A stretch of DNA of 64,000 bases from IMGVR_UViG_3300022868_000009:248001-312000, one strand, 5' to 3'. Shown: positions 43,239 to 52,941, counted from the stretch's first letter. The notes: generated by a model from the letters alone, not told the origin. Numbers and translations: made by a program.

Positions 43239-43610
43239 ATAAACATTTAACATATCATACATACTAATAGCCAGTTTTATCTGAAACTCAACTTCCTTAA
43301 ACTTACCAGAATTTAACATATTCATCAATTGAAATAAAGAATGATCTTTAAAAAGATAAAGAGTTAAACCATCCATTTCTTCTTCATCAACTAACTCTTC
43401 AACTTCAATTTTTTGATCCTCAATCTTTTTCTCAATTTTTTTCAATTCTTTAGCATCTTTTTTATTTTTAACATCGATATATTGTGTATTTCCAAGAGAA
43501 TCATGCATATAATATCCAAGTACTTTACCACCATGTCCATATACAATTTGAGGCGGTTTATTTATAGGGTATCTGTCCATTTCACTACCAAATAATTTAT
43601 GAATATCCAT
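43206..43610 (-). CDS. Hypothetical protein
   Basis: 134 aa ORF. Confidence 0.5.
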   Translation of the reverse strand: MDIHKLFGSEMDRYPINKPPQIVYGHGGKVLGYYMHDSLGNTQYIDVKNKKDAKELKKIEKKIEDQKIEVEELVDEEEMDGLTLYLFKDHSLFQLMNMLNSGKFKEVEFQIKLAISMYDMLNVYLDDRGKNTKF

Positions 43611-44034
43611 TTAATATTTTTATTGCTTTTTTAGACGAAATTAAACCAAATTCAGCATCTACTTTAATTAAATTATCATATAATCCATCTATATCCATAT
43701 CATCAATTATAATAAATGATTCTACATCATTTAAATATATCCAATGATTAATTTCTTCACTTCTATTTTTATATTCAAAACCAATAGGAGTAACATCTAT
43801 TATGTTCTTTATACCTCTCTTTTTAAATATTTCTTGTATTTTTTCTAAACCTGCCGTTCTCCATGTACTAGTCACTACAATTTTCGCATCGGTTTTATTT
43901 TGAATTTCGTTGATAAATTTGACTACTTCTGGATTAAATTTTGATAATTTATCCTTAGCCTCTTTATAATCAATTGAAATTTGATGTTTTCTAGTTACTA
44001 AAACACCATCTATATCCAAAAATATTATTTTCAT
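43597..44034 (-). CDS. HAD-superfamily phosphatase (Swiss-Army-knife RNA repair type, HAD_SAK_2)
   Basis: IIFLDIDGVL, IVVTSTWR, R.EEI..W, FIIIDD. Confidence 0.85.
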   Translation of the reverse strand: MKIIFLDIDGVLVTRKHQISIDYKEAKDKLSKFNPEVVKFINEIQNKTDAKIVVTSTWRTAGLEKIQEIFKKRGIKNIIDVTPIGFEYKNRSEEINHWIYLNDVESFIIIDDMDIDGLYDNLIKVDAEFGLISSKKAIKILNGYS

Positions 44035-44158
44035 ATTTAATATATATTAAAGAATATAAATCCATTATGAAAAATTTAATGACATGAAAATTGGTTTAAA
44101 AAGAAAGCACATCATCGAAGCACTTAAAATGAATTTATTATAATAATATATAAAATAT

Positions 44159-44764
44159 ATGAGAAACCTTAAAACATATGAAGATTATTTATATGAATAT
44201 TCTGAAATTAAAAAAGAAGAAACACTACACATATACACAGATGGTAGTTATTCTGACCAAGTTTCAAATTATAAAATAAGTTATAGTGCAGTTTTAATAA
44301 CAGAAAACGAAAACGAATATTATCTTTCAGGACATATGGTTAGAAAATATGTTGATCAATTATTTGGTTCTCAAACACCATTAAATAGTTTAACTGCTGA
44401 ATTAGTGGCTTTAAATCAACTACTTTATATTATGAATAGCTATAAAATATCTAATAAAAATCTTCTAATTTATACAGATTGTGAATCTGTTTACGAACAC
44501 TTCAATGAATCTTTGCCTGTAATAAAGAAAAAAAATATGTCTAAATTAGTCAATAATATAAAACATAATATTAACAATTTAAAAAATAAAAAAAATATCG
44601 TTGATATTAGATGGATTCCAGGACATAAACAAATATACGGTAATATGATAGCAAACTATCTAGCCAAAAAAGGTGAAGATATCAACACTTTTAAAATATA
44701 TTTTAATATGGCAGATAGACATTTTAAAAATATGAAAGACTACGATTGGTTCAAAAAACTTTAA
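44159..44764 (+). CDS. rnhA: Ribonuclease HI with CTS-like leader (MRNLKTYEDYLYE)
   Basis: IYTDGS, AEL.A, IYTDC, WIPGH...GN..A..LAK; the last catalytic Asp appears as N. Confidence 0.8.
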   Translation: MRNLKTYEDYLYEYSEIKKEETLHIYTDGSYSDQVSNYKISYSAVLITENENEYYLSGHMVRKYVDQLFGSQTPLNSLTAELVALNQLLYIMNSYKISNKNLLIYTDCESVYEHFNESLPVIKKKNMSKLVNNIKHNINNLKNKKNIVDIRWIPGHKQIYGNMIANYLAKKGEDINTFKIYFNMADRHFKNMKDYDWFKKL

Positions 44765-45399
44765 AAATCACCACCTTTTATTGGAGGAGCACCCCAGTGA
44801 CAAACTAAATATTGTGGCATATTTTCAAGTTTCTTAAATTTCAAACCTTTACTAGCTAAAGTTAAAACAAATAACCAATCATGACCATAACCAGTTTTCC
44901 ATTCTATACCAGAAATATTCTTATGACAAATAGAACTTGTTCCGATCTGACCAAATCTCGGTTCAACCAACCTTTTATGTAATATTTTAAAATCTTTACT
45001 ACCAACTAAATAATCATCATAATATACCCAGTCATATTTATTAATATCAAATTGAGACATTATAGTTTCTAAATGTGTTTTACCCCAAGCATCATCACTA
45101 TCAAGATAAGCGATAACTTCACCTTTAGCATGGTTTAATCCTTCTGTTCTAACATTTCCACTATAAGTTGGCTGTTTTGGTATTATTATACATTCAATAT
45201 TTGGAATATCATCCCAATTTTCTTTATATATCTCATAAGTTTTTGTACAACCATCTGAAACAATAATTAATTCAGTATTTTTATATGATTGTTTTATAAA
45301 AGTTTTAACAGCTCTTATAAATTTTTTATCTCTATTTTTAGCAGCATTTGGATAATCACCCAAATAACTTGCCATTATAACTGAAACTAATTTATTCAT
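44761..45399 (-). CDS. Glycosyltransferase family 2
   Basis: VSVIMASY, ELIIVSDGC, R..GL..AKGE.IAYLDSDD, GHDW. Confidence 0.9.
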   Translation of the reverse strand: MNKLVSVIMASYLGDYPNAAKNRDKKFIRAVKTFIKQSYKNTELIIVSDGCTKTYEIYKENWDDIPNIECIIIPKQPTYSGNVRTEGLNHAKGEVIAYLDSDDAWGKTHLETIMSQFDINKYDWVYYDDYLVGSKDFKILHKRLVEPRFGQIGTSSICHKNISGIEWKTGYGHDWLFVLTLASKGLKFKKLENMPQYLVCHWGAPPIKGGDF

Positions 45400-45414
45400 A
45401 TTATTTATTTTATT

Positions 45415-46587
45415 TTAAACTGCAACCTCCATTTTTATATTAGGATGATATTCATAATTAACAAATTCAAAATCTTCATATCTATAATCATAAATAGAAA
45501 CTTTTTTTTCTATTTTTAATTTACAGGGTTTAAAACTATCCCTTGTTAACAATTCTGTTAATTGTTCCTCATGATTCTTATAAATATGAACATCTCCCCC
45601 CTGCCAAATAAATTCATCAGGTTTCATATTAACAACAGATGCAATCATATTTAATAAAATAGAATAAGATGCAATGTTAAATGGTAAACCTAAACCAACA
45701 TCCACAGATCTTTGATATAATTGCAAAGATAAAGATTTAGTAGATACATTTAAATCATTTAATTTATGTATTTGTTCAACTCTATCATATTTATCCATAA
45801 AAGTAACAATTTGATATTTATCATTATCAAAATAGTATTCTAATCTTTCTTTATGTGACAATGTTTTAACATAACATTGAAATAATATATGACATGGTGG
45901 TAACATCATATCATCAACATCATTAACATTCCATGCATTAACAATATGCCTTCTTGAATCTGGATTTGACATTAAACCATCAATTAAATTATCAATTTGA
46001 TTTATACCTGGAAAATATACATCTTTCCAACCAAGATGATCTACTATCTTAGTTTCTGATTTAGTATAATTATATTCTTTCTTTACTTCAACTTTTTCAT
46101 AATGTCCATTCCAATCAACCCATTGTTTACCATAAACTGGTCCAAGATCTCCCCATTTAAGAGCAAAATTATCATCTTTTTCAATTTTAGTTTCAAATTC
46201 TTTCTGATTCAACATTTTAAATTTCTTTACAGTCTTTTCATCTATTAAATCATTTTGCATATATTTTTCTAATTTCTTACTTCTGTAATCTTTATACGGC
46301 CAATCACTCCAAAAAGTGACACCATTATCAATTAAATATTTGATATTAGTATTACCAAATTTATCATATTTCTCGTCATAAGATTTTAAAAACCATAATA
46401 ATTCATGAATTAATGATTTATTGTGTATTTTTCTTAATGTTAATAATGGAAATCCATCATCCATTTTAAATCTTATATTATAACCAAAAACACTTTTAGT
46501 ACCAATATTAGTTCTGTCTGCTTTATCAGAACCATTTTCAAATATATGTTTGATAAGTTCTTTATATTTCTTATCATGTATATTCAT
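45415..46587 (-). CDS. thyA: Thymidylate synthase with insertions
   Basis: DRTNIGT, ELLWF, LGPVYGKQW, SRRH, LPPCH, YQRSVD..LGLPFN, GDVHIY. Confidence 0.95.
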   Translation of the reverse strand: MNIHDKKYKELIKHIFENGSDKADRTNIGTKSVFGYNIRFKMDDGFPLLTLRKIHNKSLIHELLWFLKSYDEKYDKFGNTNIKYLIDNGVTFWSDWPYKDYRSKKLEKYMQNDLIDEKTVKKFKMLNQKEFETKIEKDDNFALKWGDLGPVYGKQWVDWNGHYEKVEVKKEYNYTKSETKIVDHLGWKDVYFPGINQIDNLIDGLMSNPDSRRHIVNAWNVNDVDDMMLPPCHILFQCYVKTLSHKERLEYYFDNDKYQIVTFMDKYDRVEQIHKLNDLNVSTKSLSLQLYQRSVDVGLGLPFNIASYSILLNMIASVVNMKPDEFIWQGGDVHIYKNHEEQLTELLTRDSFKPCKLKIEKKVSIYDYRYEDFEFVNYEYHPNIKMEVAV

Positions 46588-46610
46588 ATTATTCTTTATT
46601 TTTGGAAAGA

Positions 46611-47141
46611 TTAACGTTTCATTAATTCTCTATATTGTTCTTCTAATTGAGATATTTTATCTTTCATATATTCATTCTCACTAGTTAATTTTTCAACCTC
46701 ACATTTATATTCATTTAATTCAATTTGCAAATTCCCAGTCGTTGTACCTTCACAACACTTATCAAATATATCACCATCTTCTTCCATTAAAATAGTTGAA
46801 ATATATTTTCCAGATATTTCATTTTTTATATCATTTAATTTCGCATGTAATGCATTTTGATAATTAATATCAGAATCTAATTCTAATTCATCTTTAATCC
46901 ATCCAGATGATACTTCTAAACAATGATTTTCATGTTCTGTTATTAATTGTCGAACTTGTGGTTTAATTGCATTTGATATCAATAAAGTAAAATTACTTTT
47001 ATCTGCATATGATTTACATAATATCTCACTTATAGTGTCAGCAATAATATTTGATATTATTTCGTAAGCTTCTGTTGATACAACCATTTCGGTGTATGTT
47101 TGTTCTCTATTTTCATTAAATATGAAACCTTTTTTAATCAT
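46611..47141 (-). CDS. Hypothetical protein with C-terminal coiled coil
   Basis: 176 aa ORF in the GT/thyA operon. Confidence 0.55.
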   Translation of the reverse strand: MIKKGFIFNENREQTYTEMVVSTEAYEIISNIIADTISEILCKSYADKSNFTLLISNAIKPQVRQLITEHENHCLEVSSGWIKDELELDSDINYQNALHAKLNDIKNEISGKYISTILMEEDGDIFDKCCEGTTTGNLQIELNEYKCEVEKLTSENEYMKDKISQLEEQYRELMKR

Positions 47142-47152
47142 TTTTTAAATTA

Positions 47153-48370
47153 TTATTTTTTAGATACTATCTCTTTATAAAGATCAGTTCTTTTTTTATT
47201 TACTACACTCATTTCAAACGTTTTCATAAAATATTCATGATTTGCTTCACCATGATCAATAATAGCATTTGGGTTATCAACATACCATTTCATTTTATTA
47301 TACCAATCACTATTTTTTTCACTAACATAAAAACCTTTTTGTTTACCGTCATTTTTGCCTTCTATATCATCTATAAGATAAGGACCATAATCACTTAATA
47401 TTATTGGCATTTTGTGAGCACCAGATTCAATTACTTTTAATTGAGATTTACAATAATTAAACATATGATTATTTTTTAAAGGTGCTAAAGAAATATCAGC
47501 CTCTCTATACATTGTACCATATTCTAAAATGGCTTTTGTCCATCTTCTTTGATAAAATTCATCTTTGTATTTTTCAACATATCCAAAAGTAACATTATCA
47601 TTTTTTTCATTATTATCTAAATGAGATCTATAATTATGATCTTTTATATATTTATTACCACTTGTAAATATACTCTCAAAATGACCCCATTGACTTCTTC
47701 TAGAATCATCAATTGCAGTTTGGCCACCAGCCATTCTGATTCTTAAATCAAACCCACACAAATAAATTTGTGCCTTTGTCAAAAATTCTTTATCAAATAA
47801 TTTAAAATCATCCTTTAATAATCTTAAATCTGGCATATGAGAAATACCACCACCCCATATAAATCTAGTTTTTTCAGATTCAACTTTAACAGAGTTCCAT
47901 TGTTGCTCTTTAATATTTAAAGCATTTTCAATAACAGTAATATTTGGATTATGTTCTCTAATTATATCTGCAAACAAAGGAGAAGTAGTTGTTATATGAT
48001 CTGAATTTTTAAGAATTTTTTCAATAACTGATTGTGAATTATTCTTTTTCCATGATCTATAATTTAAATGAGTACTATTCAATATCCAATAATCATCAAT
48101 ATCATAAACTAATTTAATATTATATTTTTTAATAATTGAATAAAAAACAGATTCAATTTCAGGTTTTAAAGGTAACATTTTATTATAAAATAAAATATCA
48201 TATTTACTCATAAATTCCTCGCTTAATAACGGTAATGTACCATCAGAAAGAAGTCTAATGTCTACATTAATATCTGGGTCATTCATACATAAATGTGGAT
48301 TTAATATCCGATAATATCCAACACCATCGTTATCACCTGAAACTACAAGTATATTAATTTTTTTGCTCAT
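47153..48370 (-). CDS. GT-B fold glycosyltransferase (GT4-like)
   Basis: GVGYYRI..PH, YDIDDYW, WGGG.SH..DL, DISLAPL...FN.CKSQLKVIE. Confidence 0.85.
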   Translation of the reverse strand: MSKKINILVVSGDNDGVGYYRILNPHLCMNDPDINVDIRLLSDGTLPLLSEEFMSKYDILFYNKMLPLKPEIESVFYSIIKKYNIKLVYDIDDYWILNSTHLNYRSWKKNNSQSVIEKILKNSDHITTTSPLFADIIREHNPNITVIENALNIKEQQWNSVKVESEKTRFIWGGGISHMPDLRLLKDDFKLFDKEFLTKAQIYLCGFDLRIRMAGGQTAIDDSRRSQWGHFESIFTSGNKYIKDHNYRSHLDNNEKNDNVTFGYVEKYKDEFYQRRWTKAILEYGTMYREADISLAPLKNNHMFNYCKSQLKVIESGAHKMPIILSDYGPYLIDDIEGKNDGKQKGFYVSEKNSDWYNKMKWYVDNPNAIIDHGEANHEYFMKTFEMSVVNKKRTDLYKEIVSKK

Positions 48371-48440
48371 AAATAGTAATATTTTTAATTTTATATATCC
48401 TTAGAGATTAAGTTTAATAAAAATTATTTTTTAAAATTCA

Positions 48441-48471
48441 AAAAACCTATTCGACGAATCGAACAGGTTTT
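48441..48471 (-). terminator. Intrinsic terminator hairpin
   Basis: aaaacctattcga-cgaa-tcgaacaggtttt downstream of the minus-strand rpsU cluster. Confidence 0.65.
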
Positions 48472-48496
48472 CTATATTTGAAGTATAATTTTATTT

Positions 48497-48678
48497 ATTT
48501 TTTAAAATCATGTACATTACAATAATTATTTTTTGAAACTATTTCTATTAACTCATCAAGAGTAACTTTTATGAGAAATTCACCTCTCTTTACATTCTTT
48601 GCAAATTTGCATGTCTTTTATTCCTGTACCAATACAATCTTCACAAAGTTTGTGAACATAATATAATCCTTTCAGGAT
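48497..48678 (-). pseudogene. Decayed CxxCxGxG zinc-finger ORF remnant
   Basis: Reads HKLCEDCIGTGIKDMQICKECK, then an apparent frameshift; no start codon. Confidence 0.35.
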
Positions 48679-48912
48679 TTAATTTAATTTTTCTAATTCT
48701 TCATAAAATTTTTCCATTAACTTCTCTTTATACATTATCCAATCTTTATTTGTCTTATCAAAATAACTAAAAACAAGCAAAGGTGATATTAAATAAATTA
48801 TAGGTACTCTTAATAACCAAAAAGGGTATATACATATTTTACCAATTTTATTATAATTAGACCAATCCTCTTTTATATATTGATTATACACAAACTTATA
48901 GAATTTTCTCAT
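48679..48912 (-). CDS. Hypothetical membrane protein
   Basis: Hydrophobic central segment. Confidence 0.5.
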   Translation of the reverse strand: MRKFYKFVYNQYIKEDWSNYNKIGKICIYPFWLLRVPIIYLISPLLVFSYFDKTNKDWIMYKEKLMEKFYEELEKLN

Positions 48913-48929
48913 TTAAATTTTTTCTTTTG

Positions 48930-49133
48930 TTAATAAATAAGTACATATTCTACATTAATATAACATTTCTTTTTTAACTCCACTAAATCAACTTTTAATT
49001 CCTGTGGAATTCCATACAATCTACCATGATATTTAGATTTCATTTTAATTTCTAATTGATCTGAAACAAATCTAATATAATCACCTTTTGTTTCAAAAAT
49101 TTCCATATCATGACCACTAACATTTAATTTCAT
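48930..49133 (-). CDS. Hypothetical protein
   Basis: 67 aa in a co-oriented cluster. Confidence 0.45.
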   Translation of the reverse strand: MKLNVSGHDMEIFETKGDYIRFVSDQLEIKMKSKYHGRLYGIPQELKVDLVELKKKCYINVEYVLIY

Positions 49134-49148
49134 ATAATTTTATTTATT

Positions 49149-49523
49149 TTATTTTCCTAAGCCAAATAAACGTTGAAAAAAATTTCTTGAAGGTTTAACC
49201 ATAATAATCTCTTTCAATTCTCGAACAACTTCTTGTTCATTTTTTTCTTCAACTTTAGGTTCAACTTTAGGTTCAACTTTAGGTTCAACTTTAGGTTCAA
49301 CTTTAGGTTCAACTTTAGGTTCAACTTTAAGTTTTTTAGCAGAATCAACTGATCTAATTAAATCTTTATAATTTGCTTCAAATCTGTGTCTTTCATTAGA
49401 ATCTAACATTTCTTTTAAAATACTATCAATTTTAATTTTATACTCTTCATAATTTAAATCAACTTTTAATAAAGGTTTAACTTTATGCCAAAAGTAATAA
49501 GCAACTGTTGTTTTTGGTACCAT
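49149..49523 (-). CDS. Hypothetical protein with (KVEP)n repeat and C-terminal amphipathic RNFFQRLFG
   Basis: Seen in the translation. Confidence 0.6.
   Translation of the reverse strand: MVPKTTVAYYFWHKVKPLLKVDLNYEEYKIKIDSILKEMLDSNERHRFEANYKDLIRSVDSAKKLKVEPKVEPKVEPKVEPKVEPKVEPKVEEKNEQEVVRELKEIIMVKPSRNFFQRLFGLGK
49248..49329 (+). repeat. Perfect 12-bp tandem repeat (ttcaactttagg), 6 full copies plus a partial
   Basis: Read directly from the sequence. Confidence 0.9.
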
Positions 49524-49541
49524 AATTTTATGTTTTTAAGT

Positions 49542-49997
49542 TTATACTAATTTTATTTCTATATTTTCATTCTTGTAAAAATGTTCCTTCATTAAAAATA
49601 TAACAGAAGTTTTTCTTAAAAAATAAGTCTTTGAAGTAAAACATTCTTTATCATCCATAATCTTAATAACCAAGCCATCTTTCATTTTAAATTCACCATC
49701 TCTCAATAAATCTATAACTTGTTCATATGTTAAATCAACTTCTTTAAATTTAAGAGATTCGCCATTTTTAATTACATATCTTGTTTCATTATATTTCTTA
49801 CTAATTGTATCTGTAGTTTCATCTACAAAATCTTTAACCTCTGAATTTTTATAATTTTCCATTAATCCATCAACCCTTTTTTTGAAATTAGATTTTTTAT
49901 ATTTTTCTTGCGCTTTCTTAGCACTAACTTTAACATTTCTCTTTACAGAATATTTGAGTGTTTCAAATAATAACTGTTGTTTTAAAAAATTCCACAT
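49542..49997 (-). CDS. Hypothetical protein
   Basis: 151 aa ORF. Confidence 0.55.
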   Translation of the reverse strand: MWNFLKQQLLFETLKYSVKRNVKVSAKKAQEKYKKSNFKKRVDGLMENYKNSEVKDFVDETTDTISKKYNETRYVIKNGESLKFKEVDLTYEQVIDLLRDGEFKMKDGLVIKIMDDKECFTSKTYFLRKTSVIFLMKEHFYKNENIEIKLV

Positions 49998-50011
49998 TTT
50001 TTTTATATTTT

Positions 50012-50464
50012 TTAGTTAATAAATTCTTTATGTACTATTACATTTTCTCTGAATTCTTCAGAGAAAGTTTTCTTCAAATCTTCATTCTCTTTTTTCAATA
50101 CCTTATTCTCTTTTTTCAATTCTTCTATCTTCTTATATTCAGGTGTTAAATTACCATCCCAATTTAACCATTCTTCAGTTTCACCAATAATATTCAAATA
50201 ATTCTCAATCAATCTTGTAACACCAACTTGATAATCTTCCAATTTATCATATAAATCACGAGTCCAATCATTATAAAATATAAATTTACTCTTAGAATGA
50301 TACCTTTCTGAATGTAATTCAACTTTTCTAATTTTTTTATAACCAAAAAAATTTTTTTTTATAACATCCTTATATAAAGTAGTTTTTATTTCCCAAGAAA
50401 AACTACTATCATGAAAAGTCGTATAATACTTTTTACCCTTATAATGAATTTCTCTATATGTCAT
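50012..50464 (-). CDS. Hypothetical protein
   Basis: 150 aa ORF directly downstream of rpsU. Confidence 0.55.
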   Translation of the reverse strand: MTYREIHYKGKKYYTTFHDSSFSWEIKTTLYKDVIKKNFFGYKKIRKVELHSERYHSKSKFIFYNDWTRDLYDKLEDYQVGVTRLIENYLNIIGETEEWLNWDGNLTPEYKKIEELKKENKVLKKENEDLKKTFSEEFRENVIVHKEFIN

Positions 50465-50466
50465 TT

Positions 50467-50661
50467 TTAGTTGTCTTCTGACTCCTTTAATTTCTGAACA
50501 TAAATCGCTTTCAATTTTTGTTCTCTTTTCTTAACTGATTTCTTTTTATAATCTTTCTTGTCCCTGATTGCTTTTAAAACACCAGTCTTAATATATTTTT
50601 GCTTATATTTTTTTAAAGCTCTATCAATTTTATCTTTACTATCTACTTTAATTATTAACAT
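50467..50661 (-). CDS. rpsU: Phage-encoded ribosomal protein bS21 (Bacteroidota type)
   Basis: MLII.V...IDRALKKYK.K..KTG.L..IR....Y.K.SV.KR....KA.Y. Confidence 0.92.
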   Translation of the reverse strand: MLIIKVDSKDKIDRALKKYKQKYIKTGVLKAIRDKKDYKKKSVKKREQKLKAIYVQKLKESEDN

Positions 50662-50721
50662 TTTTTATATTTATTATTTTTATTCTGTTTTGTTTAATTA
50701 TTTGTTAAAATTTCACTAACA

Positions 50722-50729
50722 CAAATATA
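50722..50729 (-). promoter_or_regulatory. Bacteroidota-type -7 element TATATTTG upstream of rpsU
   Basis: caaatata on the + strand, ~60 nt upstream of the rpsU start. Confidence 0.5.
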
Positions 50730-50768
50730 GTAAAAATTTAACAAATAAAAAATTTAAAAAGAAAAATA

Positions 50769-51842
50769 CTAAGAAACTACATACTTATATAACTTCTTGT
50801 GATAGTCAAGATCCTTATAATCACTAACCATCAAATAAACTATATAACAAAAATAAAATATTTTATCAATCATCAAACTTCTATCAACATCACCACCAAC
50901 AAACCTAAATTCAACATAATCATCATCAATAATTCTTCTTAAATTCATACCGAAAGTTTTAGAACCTAGATTATTAGATAATTCCTTTAATTCGATTTCC
51001 AAAAACTTCTCAACATCATCTACAAAATTATCACTACTAAACTCAGGAAACTCACCCTTCTTTATCTTATCTAAAAATGTCTGACAATATGCAGTAAATT
51101 GTCTATATTCAATATCTTTATAAATATAGGGTTTTTCACTAGTCTCAACCATCATAATTAAACCCTTTACAAAATTCCATCTATCTACATCTTTATTTAA
51201 ACCAATATTAATATGAATAGAAGTGTGATTATTCATATACCAATAATCCTGTTTATTAAAATCATCATAAAAATCATTAATCATTTCTAAACCTTTATCC
51301 AAACCAGTCACATATTTCTTAGGTGAAAATTCAACCCCCCTAGATAAAGTTTGATCAAACTCAAATTTTAAATCATCATAATATTTAGTATAAAAATTAG
51401 GCAAATATTCACCAATTTTATTTATAACATATCCAAGATTTTCAAATTCATCTTCTTCCTCTTCCTCATATTCAATTTCTAAATTATCAATAATATTAAT
51501 CATATTAGAAACTATATATTCCTCTGTCTTATTCTTACAACTATTCATAATATTATCCAAAGAATCAGATATATTTCCAAAATCAAACTGATTATAAACT
51601 ATCTGTTTTAAAAAATCTAAATCATAATCAATTTTATCAATGTCTAATCCAACACGTAATTTTTTAAATATTTCTAATAAATACTTATCCTCTACTTTAG
51701 AAACTTTAACATTCTCATCATCTGTTTCTAATTCAAATTCAAAAGCTAATGTAAAATGTTCTACCATACCAGAATCAAATAATAATTTCTTATCTTTTCT
51801 ATTAAATTCTAGTAATTGTTTATATGTTATAAGATATTTCAT
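50769..51842 (-). CDS. Putative amidoligase (COOH-NH2 ligase type 2) with CTS-like leader
   Basis: FEFELE, EFSP, TSIHINIG, VEFR; leader MKYLITYKQLLE. Confidence 0.75.
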   Translation of the reverse strand: MKYLITYKQLLEFNRKDKKLLFDSGMVEHFTLAFEFELETDDENVKVSKVEDKYLLEIFKKLRVGLDIDKIDYDLDFLKQIVYNQFDFGNISDSLDNIMNSCKNKTEEYIVSNMINIIDNLEIEYEEEEEDEFENLGYVINKIGEYLPNFYTKYYDDLKFEFDQTLSRGVEFSPKKYVTGLDKGLEMINDFYDDFNKQDYWYMNNHTSIHINIGLNKDVDRWNFVKGLIMMVETSEKPYIYKDIEYRQFTAYCQTFLDKIKKGEFPEFSSDNFVDDVEKFLEIELKELSNNLGSKTFGMNLRRIIDDDYVEFRFVGGDVDRSLMIDKIFYFCYIVYLMVSDYKDLDYHKKLYKYVVS

Positions 51843-51878
51843 TTCAACTTTATATATTAAAAATTAATATATACTAGT

Positions 51879-52271
51879 ATGAAAAATTTTTTAAATTTTA
51901 TAAATAATAATCACGAATATTCAAATAATGAAATGAATAAAATTATTAAATTCATTGGCAAATTATGTAAATATGAAAACAAAAAAGCAAACGCAATATT
52001 CAATTTTAACATATCAAAAAATATACTTAATGATACAGATTTTAATGCATCAGTAAGATCAAATAACATATATTCAAACGATATAAAACAAGTTACAAAA
52101 ATACTTGATAAAGTATGCGAAAAATTAAATATGTATCCAACAATAAATATTATGATTAATACATTTGGTAGATCAACAAATTATAATATTAACTGTACAT
52201 TTGAATTTACAGAAAAAAATAAATTAGACATTCTTGCAACTATAGAAGGAAATAAATTAGGACTATTATAA
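51879..52271 (+). CDS. Small dual-tag protein (leader-like N-terminus, ...EGNKLGLL)
   Basis: Terminal motifs. Confidence 0.7.
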   Translation: MKNFLNFINNNHEYSNNEMNKIIKFIGKLCKYENKKANAIFNFNISKNILNDTDFNASVRSNNIYSNDIKQVTKILDKVCEKLNMYPTINIMINTFGRSTNYNINCTFEFTEKNKLDILATIEGNKLGLL

Positions 52272-52616
52272 ATGAAACATCTTAAAAAATATAACGAAGA
52301 GAAAATAGAAAATAAATGGAAAAATACAATAGTAATTTATGAATCTTACTCGGATTCATGGGTATATGTAGATGGTTCATTGATATCAGAATGGTCTGTT
52401 ACCATATTTGATATATTATTAATATTATCAGAGGATAATGTTAATATATTGAAATATAAAATATCAATGTTAACAGATCATTTTCCTCAAAATATAATTG
52501 ATCATTTAAACGATCACCCAGAACAAGAATTTCCAATGTATGATTTAGATATATATGAACAAGAAATAATAAAAAGAAAAGCAGAAAAAGAAGGACAAAA
52601 AATGGGTCTGTTTTAA
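52272..52616 (+). CDS. Small dual-tag protein (MKHLKKYNEE ... EGQKMGLF)
   Basis: Terminal motifs. Confidence 0.75.
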   Translation: MKHLKKYNEEKIENKWKNTIVIYESYSDSWVYVDGSLISEWSVTIFDILLILSEDNVNILKYKISMLTDHFPQNIIDHLNDHPEQEFPMYDLDIYEQEIIKRKAEKEGQKMGLF

Positions 52617-52617
52617 A

Positions 52618-52941
52618 ATGAAACATATTTCAACATATAACGAATACTTACAAACACCCTTAAATTTATCAATACCAATATAGAAGATAATGATAAATTT
52701 ACAAATTACCTAGAACAATCAAACCTAATATCAAAAAATTCTTTATTTAGAACATATCATAAAGGATGTATATATCATACATTTTTAATATCAATTATAG
52801 ATAATCATTCTTAAAAATTAGTTGTTCAAACCCAGATAATGTATCTGGGTTTGAACAAAAAGGAGTAAATGAAATATTATTTGATCCAGATATAATTATA
52901 TAATTATAAGATTAGAAGCAAATAAAATGGGATTATTATGA
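52618..52941 (+). pseudogene. Disrupted dual-tag gene (MKHISTYNE ... RLEANKMGLL)
   Basis: Both terminal motifs intact, but internal stops and frameshifts; contains a perfect 17-bp inverted repeat. Confidence 0.7.
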
